Source: a bacterium
GTDB taxonomy: Bacteria; Zhuqueibacterota; Zhuqueibacteria; Oceanimicrobiales; Oceanimicrobiaceae
Direction of reading: 5' to 3'
Assembly (NCBI GenBank): GCA_046757165.1
Contig: JBHHXT010000053.1
Location: 1-26,405 of the forward strand
Length of the DNA stretch: 26,405 nt
The stretch's first letter is position 1, and every line of letters starts with the position of its first letter. The translations under genes and the position numbers were made by a program. Positions 24,977 through 26,405 of this stretch are shown here, piece by piece. The notes under the pieces were generated by a model that worked only from the letters and a program-made list of their open reading frames with translations, made no database searches and was not told the origin of the DNA.

Positions 24977-26020
24977 TTAAGGACGAGACCCCCGCCCTCT
25001 AATATTCGCATCCCAGAACTTCATCCACTCTTTGGACTTCTGTGAAAAAACACGCCAGTCGATTTTCATGGCTTTGATCTTGGTTTCAGACATCCAGGCC
25101 GGGAGCGTTTCCTTCGGAATATCCTCCCGTGCCGGAATGCGGAAATACTTGTCGGCCAGGATCGCAAAGGCCTCCGGTGTGGTGATGAACTCATAAAACT
25201 TCTTCGCAAGCTGCGGGTGCTTGCAGTTCGCCACAACCGCCAACCCCTCGACGAGCACCGGGGTGCCACTCTTCGGAATGACGTAGTCGAACGGGTAGTC
25301 ATAGACCCGCTTCTGCAGTTCGATGTCCGGCATGTTCCAGAGCGTGACCAGCGCTTCTTGCCGCGCGATTTGCAGGTACATGAGCGTCGGATTGGCCGGG
25401 TACGACTTGGTGTTAGCGTCCAGTTTCAGCAGCCAGTCATAGCCGGCGTCGGGCGTGCCGGTCTCCTGGTAGAACCGCCAGATCATGGCCGAGTAGATGG
25501 CTCGCATGGTGCCAGACGCGAGCGGATTGCGGATGGCAATCTTGCCCTGCCATTTCGGCTGCAGCAGATCGTCCCAATCCTGTGGCGCCGTCTCCTGGCT
25601 CAGGACCTGGGAGTTGAAGGCGATCACTTCCGGCGTGAGGAAGGTGCCGTACCAGCGGTCCAGGCTGTCGTGCCGGGCGGGATCGATTTCACTCGCCCAG
25701 CTCGGTCGGTAGGGCTCGAGCAAGCCCTCGTCGGCAGCGTTCATGAAAAAAGAGGACGGCGCCCCCCACCAGAGATCCGCCTGCGGATTCGCCCGCTCCG
25801 AGCGAATGCGGTCGAGCACGTCCTGCGAGCCCATGTCGAGCCAGTGCACCTTGACGCCGGCATGGGCTTGCTCAAAGCGCCGGGCGAAGTCGTTGAGCAT
25901 TTCCTTGCCATGCGGCGAATAGACGACAATCCGCTGGTCAGCGGCTGTGCGGGCCGTTTCATCAGATGACTCACACGAAAACAGAAGCAGGGTCGCAACA
26001 AACAAAACGAATGATTTCAT
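24977..26020 (-). CDS. ABC transporter substrate-binding lipoprotein (Fe3+/thiamine/sugar-phosphate family)
   Basis: Lipobox LFSC, IVVYSPH, ERANPQADLWWGA, APQDWDDLL.PKW.GKI, NPLASGT, P.LAKKFYEF. Confidence 0.92.
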   Translation of the reverse strand: MKSFVLFVATLLLFSCESSDETARTAADQRIVVYSPHGKEMLNDFARRFEQAHAGVKVHWLDMGSQDVLDRIRSERANPQADLWWGAPSSFFMNAADEGLLEPYRPSWASEIDPARHDSLDRWYGTFLTPEVIAFNSQVLSQETAPQDWDDLLQPKWQGKIAIRNPLASGTMRAIYSAMIWRFYQETGTPDAGYDWLLKLDANTKSYPANPTLMYLQIARQEALVTLWNMPDIELQKRVYDYPFDYVIPKSGTPVLVEGLAVVANCKHPQLAKKFYEFITTPEAFAILADKYFRIPAREDIPKETLPAWMSETKIKAMKIDWRVFSQKSKEWMKFWDANIRGRGSRP

Positions 26021-26088
26021 AAGCCCGTTCGTTAAACTGTCGATTCAAATCAAAGTGTAGAAACGGTACGATGAGTTTTGGACGTGAG

Positions 26089-26117
26089 ATAATAAGGAAA
26101 GAAAAAGTAAAAGTCAA
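26089..26117 (-). promoter_or_regulatory. Sigma70-like promoter of ABC operon
   Basis: Minus strand TTGACT (26117-26112), 17 bp, TATTAT (26094-26089). Confidence 0.6.
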
Positions 26118-26203
26118 TTTCTTTGGGAGCGCGGAGCGCAGGGCCGGAAGCGGGAACGGAACGCCTCTTCCCCTCTCGCTCCTACGCTCTGCGTTCTTCC
26201 TCC

Positions 26204-26405
26204 CCTCTCGCTCCCATGCTCCGCGTGGGAGCGCCGGGGCCGGAGGGCACGCTCTGCGTGCAGTGGGAGCCGGAGCCGAGCCGCTCACCTTTACCTGGAC
26301 TTCACCCGCGCCAGCACCCCCTCGAAGGCATTGAACACAATCCGGGAGTGCCTCTCGCTCCCATGCTCCGCGTGGGAGCGCCGGGGCCGGAGGGCACGCT
26401 CTGCG
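26204..26405. repeat. Two identical >=55-bp direct repeats (26204-26258 and 26351-26405) with REP-like hairpin; second copy runs off the window
   Basis: CCTCTCGCTCCCATGCTCCGCGTGGGAGCGCCGGGGCCGGAGGGCACGCTCTGCG twice; hairpin CGCTCCCATG/CGTGGGAGCG; degenerate units at 26124-26195. Confidence 0.88.

Noticed and set aside
26204..26405. CRISPR array
   Set aside because: Only two repeats visible, repeat >=55 bp and spacer 92 bp are outside typical CRISPR sizes, and no cas genes are in the window

Overview
Bacterial chromosomal window, about 55-60% GC in coding regions. The gene content suggests a Gram-negative FCB-group lineage such as candidate division KSB1 (inference only). It holds about 20 CDS: a DUF3996-like outer-membrane protein, an alpha/beta-hydrolase-OsmC fusion, an M16 zinc protease, a SAM methyltransferase, an HD phosphohydrolase, MogA/MoaB, an Oar-like TonB-dependent receptor, a secreted beta-propeller protein, a hybrid histidine kinase, a microcompartment-type acylating aldehyde dehydrogenase plus PduL, a NUDIX hydrolase, DacB, a MORC-like GHKL ATPase flanked by an intact and a pseudogenised copy of a small coiled-coil membrane protein, and a three-gene ABC importer. 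The most striking signal is non-coding. At 7470-7544, directly behind a sigma70-like promoter, lies a purine-family riboswitch aptamer with the hallmarks of the rare 2'-deoxyguanosine-II class (C at position 51, C74, two-nucleotide insertion in J3/1). A perfect 12-nt anti-aptamer strand follows it and carries the Shine-Dalgarno of a 25-codon leader ORF, all upstream of the TonB-dependent receptor. Together with the microcompartment acetaldehyde enzymes this suggests a DNA/deoxynucleoside scavenging system (hypothesis). Intergenic spaces carry several families of REP-like palindromic repeats. No CRISPR array, tRNA, rRNA or transposase was seen.
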